Positions 23,311-35,036 of a stretch of DNA of 64,000 bases are shown in pieces. Origin of the DNA: Selaginella moellendorffii. Its lineage: Eukaryota > Plantae > Lycopodiophyta. Within the stretch, counting starts at the first letter, position 1. Each line of letters begins with the position of its first letter. The notes under the pieces were generated by a model. It did not search any database and was not told the DNA's origin. It was given only the letters and a program-made list of their open reading frames with translations. Where the stretch lies: contig NW_003314293.1 of NCBI RefSeq assembly GCF_000143415.4, positions 767,497 to 831,496 of the forward strand, read 5' to 3'. A program made the translations under genes and the position numbers.

Positions 23311-24112
23311 AAGGATGGGAGGTGCTGCTGCGGCTGTTCTATCCAGGAGATCATGCAAGTCGCTCTGTGACATTCTCAGTTTCTGCACGATTTATCCCCG
23401 ATGTAGTGTTGATAACAGCACAGGTGATGGCGAGCCTCTCGCTATGCCCGCACAGGACATCCTCCTTGTCCTCGTCCCTTTTCTTAATACTCCTTTTCCA
23501 TGGACAAAGTTTTCACTGACAGATATATCAACACGCTTTCTCTTCTTCTTCCGCTTCGAACCTGCATCAGACTGCGCTCCCGCCATTCTTTATACCGTTT
23601 CTTTCTAAAGCACGGAAAGGTTATGCGTCAGATAGTCTACAGAACTTAGAAGATTCTTTACCTGTCTCGAGCTCCTCCTTTGCAATCTCTTCGGGTGTCT
23701 TTAGCCTATCCGAAGTCTTTGCGTGTATTTCAAATGCCATCTCCATCAGCTTGTCGAGTCAACGTTAGCACAAATATATAAAAGCAAAGTATTGCAGGGA
23801 AGTCTGCCAAGTACCTACTCAGTATCTTGCGAGTGGATCGAGCTTTGGGGAGAGACGCGACCTTTACAAGTCTTCCATCCGCTTTCTTCTTTCCCGGCCA
23901 AGCGAATGCAAGCTTTGAGAGCAGCGATGTGGCTTCCGTTTGGAGCACCGTCCGTGAGGCTCCGGTACATGATCTCAATCACATTTATTCACCAAGTCCT
24001 GCAAAACACCGAAGTAAGCATCACACAGAGATGATACAAAGATTACCTTAACGTTTGCTGGACAGGAATTTTCCCAGAATGTAGTAGCTTTGGTAAGATC
24101 CTCTGCCTCTGC
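23311..24112 (-). pseudogene. Chimeric remnant: PPR-DYW fragments joined to an inverted fragment of the RSA1/CCAR1 3' end
   Basis: 23330-23475 ~ 24900-25060; 23845-23950 ~ 26890-27015; the reverse complement of 23950-24112 ~ 31921-32112. Confidence 0.8.
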
Positions 24113-24822
24113 CATAAGCTTTAAGAGCGGGGCGACAAAAAGAAGAGGGAGATGACACAAGCTATGGTAAAAATCCACCAGGGTGCTCGCAATGGAAATT
24201 TGAGAAAATTGGCCTGGAGCGATGCTATTCCCAGTTTCGATCAGCGGGCACAAACAAAATCCCGGCGATCTCATGTCGAATTGAGCTGAAGATCATTGAG
24301 CCCGAAATTCATTTGATCACGGTCGGAGGATTCTGATTGGAAAATAGCATTAAATATAAATATATTCATTGGACATTAATTTATACAAATCAATGTAGCA
24401 CACTAGTGATTTTGGTTGTTTAATCCTGAAGAGCTTCGTGGACTCTATTCTTGAGTTCGTAGTCGATGCCGATCTGATAGATCAGCTCAGTGCTGAGCGT
24501 TTGCAGCTTGATGGGATTCCATTGTCAAGGCCGAAGAGAAACATCGCTCGGGATTTCAACGACGGAGCTTTTCCCTCTCGTCGATCATAACCCTGATTAT
24601 AGTCTAGCCTAAAAGGTAATTTAAACGACGTCCAAGTGACAACTTTCCACCAAGTCCTCCAAAACACCAAAGTATATACAAAGACTTCCTCTGCCTGGAA
24701 TAACGTAAGCTTAAACAAAGACAACGAGGAAACTTACCAAGCCTCCAAACAGTCGTCGACGAAGGGGGTGGCGCGTTTCGCATTTCCAATCACTCCTCGA
24801 AACAGCAACACCGGCGCTTCTT

Positions 24823-27488
24823 CTACCAGTAGCCTCCACAGCAGCACCTCCCATCCTCGAAAACATGGAACCTGTTCGTCTCCCTGCACAGAATCCGCCG
24901 CTCTTCTATCCGGGAGATCATGCAAGTCGCCCTGTGGCAGTCGTCGCAAGTTCTCAGGTTCTTCACGATCCGGACTGTCGCCCCCGGCGCAGTGTTGATA
25001 AGAGCACAGGCGATGGCGAGCCTCTCGCTATGCCCGCACAGGACATCCTCCTTGTCCTCGTCGGACGTGCTTCGCAGCACACTCCCCACGTCCGCGACGT
25101 ACCCTTGCTCTTTCATGGCCACCAGGAGATCGTCCAGCTTCGCCCGGATCTCGTCAATCTGTGCGTGGCTAGAATCACCAGCCGAGAACTTATGCACCAC
25201 TCCCGCGCTGTCCGTCCACCAGCTGCGACCCTGTCCGGGCTTTCTCCAAGCTCCAGCACTGATCCTCATTGTCTCGATCCTGGCGTGCTCCTCCCACATT
25301 CCCAGGCTCCAGTATATCTGTTCCATCAGGATATAGACTCCAAACTCGGAGTCGTCCAGCTTCAGTAGATTCGCGAAAGCGAGCTCGCCAAGCACCACAT
25401 TCTTCCACTTCCGGCAAGCACCCAGGACCGTCCTCCATGTCACCGCAGTCGGCTCGAAAGGCATCGATCGTATGAGTTGCACGGCAGCATCCAGCTGGTT
25501 GGCACGGCAAAGTATGTCGAGCATGCAGTGGTGGTGCTCGAAGCCGGGAGAGACGCCATATCTGGAAGCCATCGAGCTGAAGAGACCCCGGCCTTTGTCC
25601 ACGAGGCCGGCATAGCTGCAAACCGCGAGCACGCACAGCAAAGTCACGCTGTCCGCCTTGAAGCCTTCGTCCAGTATCTCGTGAAAGAGATGAAACACCT
25701 GGCTTGCCTCGCCTTGGCGGCTGTATCCTGCTATAAGCGTCGTCCATAGCACGATGTCCTTGGCGATGGAAACGTCGAAGACTCGTTGTGCAGCGTCCAG
25801 ACTCCCGCATCTCGCCAATGCGTCGACCATGGTGTTGGATAGAATCACGTCATTCTCGTAGCCACCTCTACAGACTTCACCACAGATGGCCTTCGCGTTC
25901 TCGAGTGCCAAAACGCTGCCGCATGCTTTCAGCACGGCCGCGAAGGTCCGAGCGTCGGGCTCGCATCCTCGAGGTCTCATACGCCGGAAGAGCTCCAAAG
26001 CCATCTCGCCTTCACCGTTCTCGGCGTATCCCAGCAGTAGCGTTGTCCACGAGACTGATGTCTGGGAGGGAATGCTGTCGAAGACACGGTGAGCATCGGC
26101 CAAACTCCCACACTTCGCGTACAAGTCCACCAGTGTGTTGATGAAGAAGTAGTCTGCGCAGCCGCTTCCCTCGGCCTGCGAGTGAATCCGCATCCCCTTC
26201 TTCAGGCACTCGAGCTTCACAAGCTTCCCGTCGACTAGCTCGCCTTGCTCTTTCGCAGCCAGCTCGTTGATAGCCTTTAGCGCCGCAACGAAAGTCCTGG
26301 CGTCTGGTGCGCAAGCTTCCGGCCTCATGCTCGAGTAAACCGCTAGAGCCATTTCAGCATCGCCATTCTCGACGTATCCCAGTATCAGCGACGTCCAGGA
26401 AACCACGCTGTGGCACGGCATCCAGGAAAACACGCGGTGAGCGTCGGCCATGCTTCCACACTTGGAGTACATGTCCACAAGTGAGTTTGAGACGAACGTG
26501 TGTGTGTCACAGCCGAGCTTGGACGCTTCGCGGTGCACGGCCATTCCCTTTCCAAGTGATTCCAGCTTCACCACCTTTCCAGTGACCAGCCTCCCTTGTT
26601 CTTTCGCTGCCAGCGTCATGCAAGCCTTGAGCGCCGCGACGCAAGTGAGAGCGTTTGGCTGGCAGCACTGCGCGATCATCCGGAAGAAATGCTCGAGAGC
26701 TACATCTCCTTCCCCGTTCTCAGCGTAGCCCAGTATCAAAGTCGTCCAGGACACCACGTCGTGGTGAGACATCCTGGAGAAGATCCTGCTAGCTTCTGTC
26801 ATGTGGCCACACTTCGCGTAGAAATCCACGAGCGTGCTCGCGACGAAGATATCCGACTCCCAGCCGGCCTTGGAAGCCTGCGTGTGGATCGCGATCCCTT
26901 TGCCGAGAGACGCGATCTTCACAAGTCTTCCATCTGCTTGAGCGGTCCCTTCCTCTTTCCCGGCCAAGCGGATGCAAGCTTTGAGAGCAGCGATGTAGCT
27001 TCCACCGTTTGGAGAGCAGCCGCTAGACTCCATCCTCGAGAAGAGCTTGAGAGCAGCGTCTTCTTCTCCCTGTGACGCATAGCCCAGTAGCAGGGAGTTC
27101 CAGGAGATCACGTCTCGCGACTGGATCCTATCGAACACCCGGCGAGCCTCCACCAAGCTCCCACACTTGGCGTACATGTTTACCAGGCTGTTTGCCACGA
27201 AAACGTTGGAATCGTAGCCCCTTTCCATGGCCTGCGCGTGAACTCTCTTCCCCCTCTCCAGATTCTTGGCGCTCGCGCACGATCGCAATGCCGCCAGCAC
27301 CGAGAAGACGCTGCTCGCTTCCGCCTCGTCTTGCCGAGAGCCAACCACGATTTCACATACCGCGGCATTCTGCAAGAAAAATCGCTCGGATCGAATCTCG
27401 GACCGGAAATCCTCACACTTACATGATAGAATCGCAATGCGATCCAGCGCCAGCTCCTGCGCGATGAGCGCCTGGAGAGATAGCGCAT
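24823..27488 (-). CDS. PLS-DYW PPR protein (putative organellar C-to-U editing factor)
   Basis: 850-aa ORF with PLS triplets, E domains and a DYW domain (HSERLAIA, NLRTCDDCH, ending CCCGGYW). Probable first exon MRYLSRRSSRRSWRWIALRFYH|GTAAGT (transit-peptide-like). Confidence 0.93.
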
Positions 27489-27653
27489 TTCACGCGAGAA
27501 AGAAACGAATTAAACGTTTCCTCCATAGCCACGAAGAACCCTAGATTTGGTGCGAATATCCTCTAGCTATCCAACGGCGCGGATGGGGTCCATATAATCT
27601 TCTTTCTCCCTGCATGGTTAGGGCTAGGTTTAGGGTTTGCTGAGAGGGATCCG
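27489..27653. promoter_or_regulatory. Short bidirectional promoter with a telo-box between the PPR-DYW and RSA1-like genes
   Basis: 165 bp between the two predicted divergent start codons; TAGGGTTT (reverse telo-box) at ~27631. Confidence 0.5.
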
Positions 27654-30600
27654 ATGGATCAGTGGAATTTGCGCACGGCCGCGGCTCACTTCGGCCACTT
27701 GACGCAACAGGTTCGTGTTCTCGCGATTCTCAGCTGGAATTTCCCATATTTCTCTCTCGAATCCTATAGAACGCGCAGAGTGGCTCGGCGCAATACTCGT
27801 ACACCTCGGGCGCTTATGCGGGGCAGCAGCAGCCACAGCAACAGCAGCAGCAGCAGCAAGCGCCATCGTCTGGTAGCGCTGCTTACAATCAAGCGTACCT
27901 CCAGCAGGTAAATTCCCCCAAAATCTCGCCAAATTCGCTTGGTTTTTTCTTGGCCTTCCTTGTTCTTGGCTTTTAGTGTTCGTTGTTCGTTTATAGCCTT
28001 TTCTTTCCTTCTTCTCGGCTCTTAATGGCTTGGTTTTCCAGGTAGCACAAGCCGGCTATAACACTTCCTCCTACGGAGGCCAGCAATTGTGGTCGACGAG
28101 ACAAGCCCAAGGCCAGCAAGCGGACCAGCAATCGCAAGCCGCCTATGGAAGTCGCGTCGGAGGCGTCGCCCAAGTCCCCTCAAGCGGCACCGCGTCGGCA
28201 AATCAGTACGCTGGTCAATACTATGGAGTGTCGCAGCAACAGGTAACTCCATCCTTGACGCTCCATGCATGGTCTTGTCTGTGGCTTGGCATCACTGCAC
28301 GGTGTTCTTCCGGAATACTACATGCTTTGGTAGTCAAGCTCACAACTTTGCGTCCTTTGTGTTGGAAGTTTGGCGTTAAACATTGTAAACCGATTCTCAG
28401 CCGCATCCCGTTGCCTTTGCTTCCCACCGTTTTGGTTTCTTTTCTGCTCGTTTGTCCTTGCTTTTTCTATTTTTTCGTCTTCGTGTTGCTGATCAAGAGA
28501 CTTGGTGGCCTCTGTGGGGGCAGCTTCTGGGAGTAGCTTCCAAGGCGTCGGACTACCAGGCCTCGGGAGGAGCGGCTTCCAGGACGTCAAGTGCTTACGG
28601 CAATGGCGGTCAAGATAGGCCTGTTAGTGGAACCTCTTATGTTGGCGGCGGCGGAGGTGGCGGTGGCGGCGTCTCGTCAGTGAGCGTCTCGGGAGTCTAT
28701 GGCGGCGCCGCTGACTCCGCCAAGTATCTCTCGGGTGGCGGCGGTGGCGGCGGTGGTGGTGGCGGATATGGGACAGCAGCAGGTAACCAGTACGGTGGCC
28801 AGAAATCTTCGAGCGATCAGTACGCTACGACCGCCGCGGCGTATCAGGGCGTCAAGTCGTCCGACTATGCGAGCCAGTTCTACGAGCAGTTCCAACAAGG
28901 TGATTCAAACAAGGATCAACTTGAAAGTTTTTTTCTCCGGTTTACGTGTGGTTCCTACTCGTTTTCTTCTATTTCTTCTCCTTTTTTTTCTTTCTTGAGA
29001 CTTGAGACCTCTAACTTGGTAGTGCAGTTGCTCGAGCGGCGGCTGCCACTGGAGGATATGGAAGCAGCGGGACCGGTGATGCGTCGGGTCTGCTCGCCAG
29101 CTTAGGTGGTGCTGTGGCGGCGATGCCGGGAGGGAACTTATCGGGCCAGCAAGCCAGTAGCGCGTATGGTTCTCTGTCCGGGAGCCGAGGACTCAACACC
29201 CCGCAAGTATACCCGGCCAGCCCGACTATCGGCTATGGAGGTGTGAGCTTACCACCCGGCAGAGACTATGGAACTGGCAGAATCTCGACAGGGGGCTCCA
29301 TGTTCCAACGTGAAGGAAGCTACGGTCGGTCCGAGAGGCCGAGCATTGGGAGCAGTAGATTCGACGATCGGTCGCGGGACCATGAGAGAGACGTGGAGCG
29401 CGAGCGGGAACGAGAAAGGGAACGAGAACGCGATCGCGAGCGTGAAAGGGAGCAGCGGGAGCGAGAACGGAGGGAGAGGGAGCGGGAAAGGGAGCGGAGG
29501 GAGGAAGAGAGGCGAAGAGAACGAGCGAGTCCACCGCCTCCGCGAGCGAGGAGGGAGTCATCGCCATCGAGGAGGGACGACAAGAGTAGAAGAGAGTCTC
29601 CTCGTCGAGAGTCGGGTTCTCATAGGTACTACTACTGCTGGCTTGCTTTGCATGGCTCATTGTCCTTGTTCTACTCACAAGTTTGCTTTTTCTTCTTTGG
29701 TTTTGCTAATGTTTTTTCCAGGCATTCTTCTCCGTCCAAGGACAAGAGACGGGAGTACCTGTGTAGAGTAAGTTGGTTGATTGATTTATGACTTTGGGAT
29801 CTAAGATTGTTCCTTTCCAGATCGACAGCAACAACGTGCTTGAAGCTGAGCGAGACTATAACTCGATCACTAAGCGCTACACGAGGCTGTCCGTCGTGCC
29901 AGAGTTTTCTAAGGTTTGTTTCTATCTTTCTTCTAGTTTTTGATGTTGTTTTTAGCTAGTTCTGTCTTGGATGGGGAAGGAGGACAAGATTCTCATCGAG
30001 AGGTCTATCAGGTGTGTCTTGCTTGTGCTTTACGTGGAGTAACTTTCTATGTTTTGACAGCTTTGAGCACGATTGTATTGATGTGGAAGAGGCTGAGACG
30101 AAAGAAACCACGAAATCTAGCGATAAGATTCAAAAAGGATCCACCGTGTGGAATGTGAAGGTGATACATGAATACTTTTTATTTTTTGTCCTCCACGCCT
30201 AATGGTTCTTTTGTTCCTACAACACAGGTGATGCTCATGAGTGGTTTAACAGAAGAATATGTCGCAGACCTCCTTTCGGACAAGCCTAGTGACAAGCCTA
30301 CAAGCTTCCAAAAGATGCTGAAGTTTGTGGCCTTGCGGAAAGATCGAAATGCGATTATGGCCGCTGGTACGCGGTGGGATAAGTCTCTCGATGGTGGCGA
30401 TCCAACTGTGGATGATAGCGGTCTAATTAGAGCTGCCGTGAGAAGTTTGAAAGAACTGATCCAGCTCGACTTGTCCGAGTGCAAAGATTGGTTTCGCTTT
30501 GCTGAGGTACGCACGAGTTATTTTCTTTTTTACTTCTCTTTCTTGAGTATGTTCCTTCTTCAGGTACATTATGAAAGAGTGGACGAAGATGGCTTTCCAA

Positions 30601-32128
30601 GTCACAGAGAGATCAGTGTCATTTTCTTCCCTGATATTTCCTCGTGCGTTCCATCTTTTGAGAATTGGTGCTTGCAATGGAATCAGAGAAAGCAGGCTAA
30701 GCTTGAGAGAGAAGGACAAAGCAAGAAGGTATTAATTTCTATGCTGATAATGTCACTTATTCTTTTTTCTTTTTTCTTGTGTGTGTAGGAGGTCAAGCCG
30801 AGCGAAAAGAAAGACGCAGCTGAGAAAGAAAGTAAGTTTATTTCAACATGCTTTTAAAGCTGGCGTATGTGAGCAGGCATAAGCGAGGGGACCCCAGAGA
30901 CGGACGTGAACAATGGCGAGCCTGTTGCTGCTAAAGAGGAAGAAAAGAAAGAGAAGGAAGAGAAAAATGAGAAAGATCCGCCCAAAGATAGCGAGGTTAA
31001 GAAGGATGAAGCTCCAGAGCACCCAGGATTCTTATTAATGACGAAGCGCACTAAAGCCAGCAAGGTTTCTTCGTTTTTCCTACTCATTTTGTGCGCTTAC
31101 AAGGTTTATTATACAGTTACGTTCCATGACAATTTCTCTGGATGGGCTTCTTGACTACGACGAGAATGACAAGGACGAATGCACATTTGAGGTATGCTGT
31201 TTGTGCTTCATTGCTACAGGCTACAATTGTTGTTGCAGCTGTCGCTATTCGCTGAGGCGTTTGCGGAGATGATCCAGTTTAGAAAAGGAAGCCAGATTCT
31301 AGCCAGCTTGGAAGTAAGAGTCCTAGAAACTTTCCCTAAATTTTTTTTGAGCTTTGTTGGTCTCTTTCAGAACTTGCGTAGGACTAGCCATACTCGTAGA
31401 AAGGAAGAGAAGAAGCGTAGCCGGCAAACAGAATCTGGAAACGACGGGAAACGGGTCAAGATGGAGCAAGCAAAGGCTGCAGAAGAAACTTCCAAAACAG
31501 AGGAAGAGAAGCAACCCCTGGCCGACGCTATGGAGGAAACTCTCAAACCGGAAAAGGAGAACGAAGACACTGAAAGCGAGGCAAGGGCCGTCACTCCTCC
31601 AACCTCTGAAGCCAAAGAAGCCAAGGAGACGAAAGAAGTAAATGAAGGAGAACAAGACGAGAAGAAAGAGAAGAACGGCAGCGGTAAGAAGGACAAGGAC
31701 AAGGATCCCAGCAGCAAAAAGGAGAAGAAAGTGGTGGTGGACAAAGAGTTACTCAAGGTGAGCGCTTTGCTTCCTCGTCAAAGATTTCACATTCCCGACC
31801 CGTGTCTTGTTCACAGGCTTACAGATACTTCGACCGGAACAAAGTTGGCTATCTAAAGGTATGCTTCCTCTCTCGCTCTCTTCTCTTGTTTTGTTCCAGT
31901 CTTGAGCTCGCGTTATTCCAGGCAGAGGATCTTAGAAAGCTGCTACATTCACTGGGGAAATTCCTGTCGCAGAGAAACGTTAAGGTAGTCTCTGTATTAT
32001 CGCAGCGTCTGTGTGATGTTTACTTTGGTGTTTTGCAGGACTTGGTGAATGGAGCTGTGCTAGAAAGTGGTAAAGCAAGAGATGAGAAAGTCATGTACCG
32101 GAGCCTTACGGACAAAGATCTGTTATAG
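27654..32128 (+). CDS. RSA1/EMB1579-like (CCAR1/DBC1 family) nuclear protein, multi-exon
   Basis: Q/G/Y-rich N-terminus, RE/RS-rich region, DBC1 domain (VMLMSGL...LKFVALRKD...WDKSLDGGDP), SLDGLLDYDEND..CTFELSLFAE and an EF-hand-like AYRYFDRNKVGYLK. Confidence 0.88.
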
Positions 32129-32270
32129 GGTGGTCGATTGCCACTTGGACGGCCCAGATTATCCTTCCGATCTTGTTTTTAATTTAAATAACATTTTATA
32201 AAACTATTTGATATACAAAATTTAATAGTAGACCCGCACCCTAACCCTAACGTAAGAGTTTCTTGCGGCT

Positions 32271-35036
32271 ATGGATGGGCTTCAGGAGCTTGAGCGTTCC
32301 ATCCGGGCTGTGGGCACTGAAATTGAAGAGCTAGGAGAGCAACTGAAGAGCGAGAAAGATCCTGAAGAGCAAAGGCATCTGTGGGAGGAGAAGTGGCAAC
32401 TGCGGGCGGAGGAGGAGCGGCTGCGGAAGAAGGAGCAGCTGCTGCGGGAGAAGGAGGAGCTGCTGCGGAAGAAGGAGCTTATCCTGCTCAAATCTAATGG
32501 TAAGTCTTTTTCGATACATGCTATGCGAGAAATTTGATGCACATTCCTAGCCTTGCCCTGCAAAAGCCCCAATCAGCTGCTTTTCAGATCTGCCCCAAAT
32601 GTCGAGCTTTGTTTTTGTTGCATTGTCCGGTTATTTTGCATACAGGCAAAAGCGTTGCAATCGCTCATTTTAAACTCGAGCAGTCCTTGTTTGTGTTCTT
32701 TGTTTCTGATTTTCCCCATCCAAAGCCTCCATGCATGTTCATTTTTTTTTCTGTCGTGTTTTTTTCCGTAAGCTTGTGCGTTGACTTGTGCAGCTCAAAA
32801 AGTTCCGACTGCTGGTGAAGTATTAATCGAGGCTCTCCCCCTCGTAGATGCTTTTATCCAAGAGGCCCGGGAGTCTATTAAGCAGCTTGGAGCTGTGCCC
32901 ACAGTGAAGGGGAAGCCCAGCCTACTTTTAGCGGGCTTGGGAACAAGCTTTCTGACGCAGTCTGGTGATCTGGGCAAGATGCTAGACAGTAAAGGTCCGG
33001 TGGTTTCTGTGGTGGGCACATCGGGTTCAGGGAAAACAAGGACGTTGCTGGAGCTTCTCTGTTCGAGAATTGGGCTTTACTTCGTAGCTGACGCGCAGGG
33101 TAACTTTGGGTTTGAGGACTTGAGATTATTGCGCAGCTTGGTTCTGGAAGGCGTGGCATATGACGTTCGAGCTGCTCTAGCTCAGTCGGTAGTACGAGCT
33201 TCAGTTTTGGCTCGGTTATTTCTACTAAAGCGTTGTCTTGAGGTGAAGTTCTCGGCACGGGAATGGTTGCTACTCCAGCTTCTGGGAAGTGAGTTTGTGC
33301 AGGTGGATATTTGCAGGGATTTAACGGGTTCTTTGCTCGTCAAGTTGAAACCTCTAGGTGTAATGAGAAGGCAGGAAACCTTACAGGAAGAGATCAATGA
33401 GCAGTGGCAGCAGGTTATAGGGATGGCTACTGATGTAGTCGTTGTGTTGGATGAAGCGCAGGCGCTCTTCGAGTTGCACAGAGATCAGTTTAAGCCTTTT
33501 GTCAGAGGAACTGGGATGAGGAGTTCCTTCCATCAAGTATATAAGGCTCTTAGCAGGCCTTCCCCACGTGTTACTGCGAAGTTGTTAATTTCAGCTACTG
33601 GGTTGGCTGTACAAAAAGAAACAGAGGGTTCCTCAACGCCAATTGCAAAACAGATGCGCTGTGGTCCTGCTTTCTGTTCCTTCGGCAAGTTTCGAGACAT
33701 GGGCGACATGTACAAGTACATGAAGAATTTTGTCGCTGTCGACAACACTGTTGATGAAGAGTTGCTCCAGAGGTTCGTAGGGAGATACAGACCACTGGCT
33801 CTGGTTCTTGAGGATTTTCTGGAAAAGCAACGCTCTCTCAATGAGTCGCTTAAGAGTGTCCGATCGATGCTCACGAAGGAGGACTTGGAAGGATCTTATA
33901 TCCGGGTTTTGAAGCGCATCCAGGTCCAGCCGCGGATTCACAACGTGGAGCTGATTGGCGTGTGCCGGATGATATGTCTGACAAGCCAATATGTTGGAAA
34001 GTACCACTGCACCAGGAAAGCTGAAGTCGAGCTGATTCACCATGGGCTAGCTTACTTGGATGCTGTTGCTGTGGGAGAGTTCGGGTTGGAAGGAACGGTC
34101 GAGGAACCACTTGTGCTGGAAGCACTTCAGAATTACTTCCGTGAGGACAACTCCCTTCTTCATATAATGAATCTTCTCAATTCACAATCGGCGGGATTCA
34201 CTCTCGAGGCTGCTGCAGCAGATGCTGTTTGCAGGTTTCTTTCGGCTGGCAAGTTCAGTAATCATCCTATCTTTGAGGGCGCAGCTGCTTTACCAGACAT
34301 CTTCTGCCAGCAGCTGAGGTTGTGGTCAGCAGACAGCCTTCAAATGGTGTGCGCTACCGGAATGACGAGCTATCTCGCTGGTGGGATGGGAACAGCGAAG
34401 GTTCTCAACCCGGAATTTCTAGCAGGACCAGATCTGGTGATCCCAGTGAAGACGGAAGACAACAAGGAGCTGATCCTCTTTGCACAGTTCAGGCTCGTGA
34501 ACTTTCTTGACAAGAAGAAATTCGAGCAGGGTGTGTCGACCACGAATCCCGAGTTCATATTCAGGTCTCGCAAGGCAGCAAGACTGAGGGCAGAGTTCAA
34601 GAAGGAGGTTGGTAACCGCTGGTGGAAGAATGGCATTATCAGGTTGATGGTAGTGTATCCAGCAGTCTTCAAGAAGGAGCGTATGCCTCCTGCTGTTGAG
34701 GTGATTCCTGCTGCAGGCGGTGTTGGTCCCCAGCTCAAGATCATCATTCATGCTGGCAACGCAAAACAATTGTTTTCTCAGGAGTAAGTGGTCTTCATCT
34801 GTGTACTGTGATTGTTGCTAACTTGTTTTGACAGTTTGGTAGACTTTCTGGACGTGTACAAGGGATTCAAAGTTGGAGAGCCGGAGTCCTTGGCACGTTC
34901 AGTTGATAAAGCGCTGGCATTGGACTTGCATAGCTCGTTCAAGGACAGGCCTAGGAGGAAAAGAGATTTCGATGTAGCCTTTACTGAACCGGAAGACTAC
35001 TGGGGTGATGAGGAAGGAATGGAGTTGGATGTATAA
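32271..35036 (+). CDS. Crinkler/RHS (CR)-like protein: coiled-coil header, P-loop NTPase and PD-(D/E)xK-like nuclease
   Basis: Exon 1 is an E/K/L/R coiled coil. The large exon has Walker A VVGTSGSGKTRTL, Walker B VVVVLDEAQ, a GRYR motif and C-terminal AGPDLV...LILFAQFR. Last exon 34834-35036. Confidence 0.7.
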
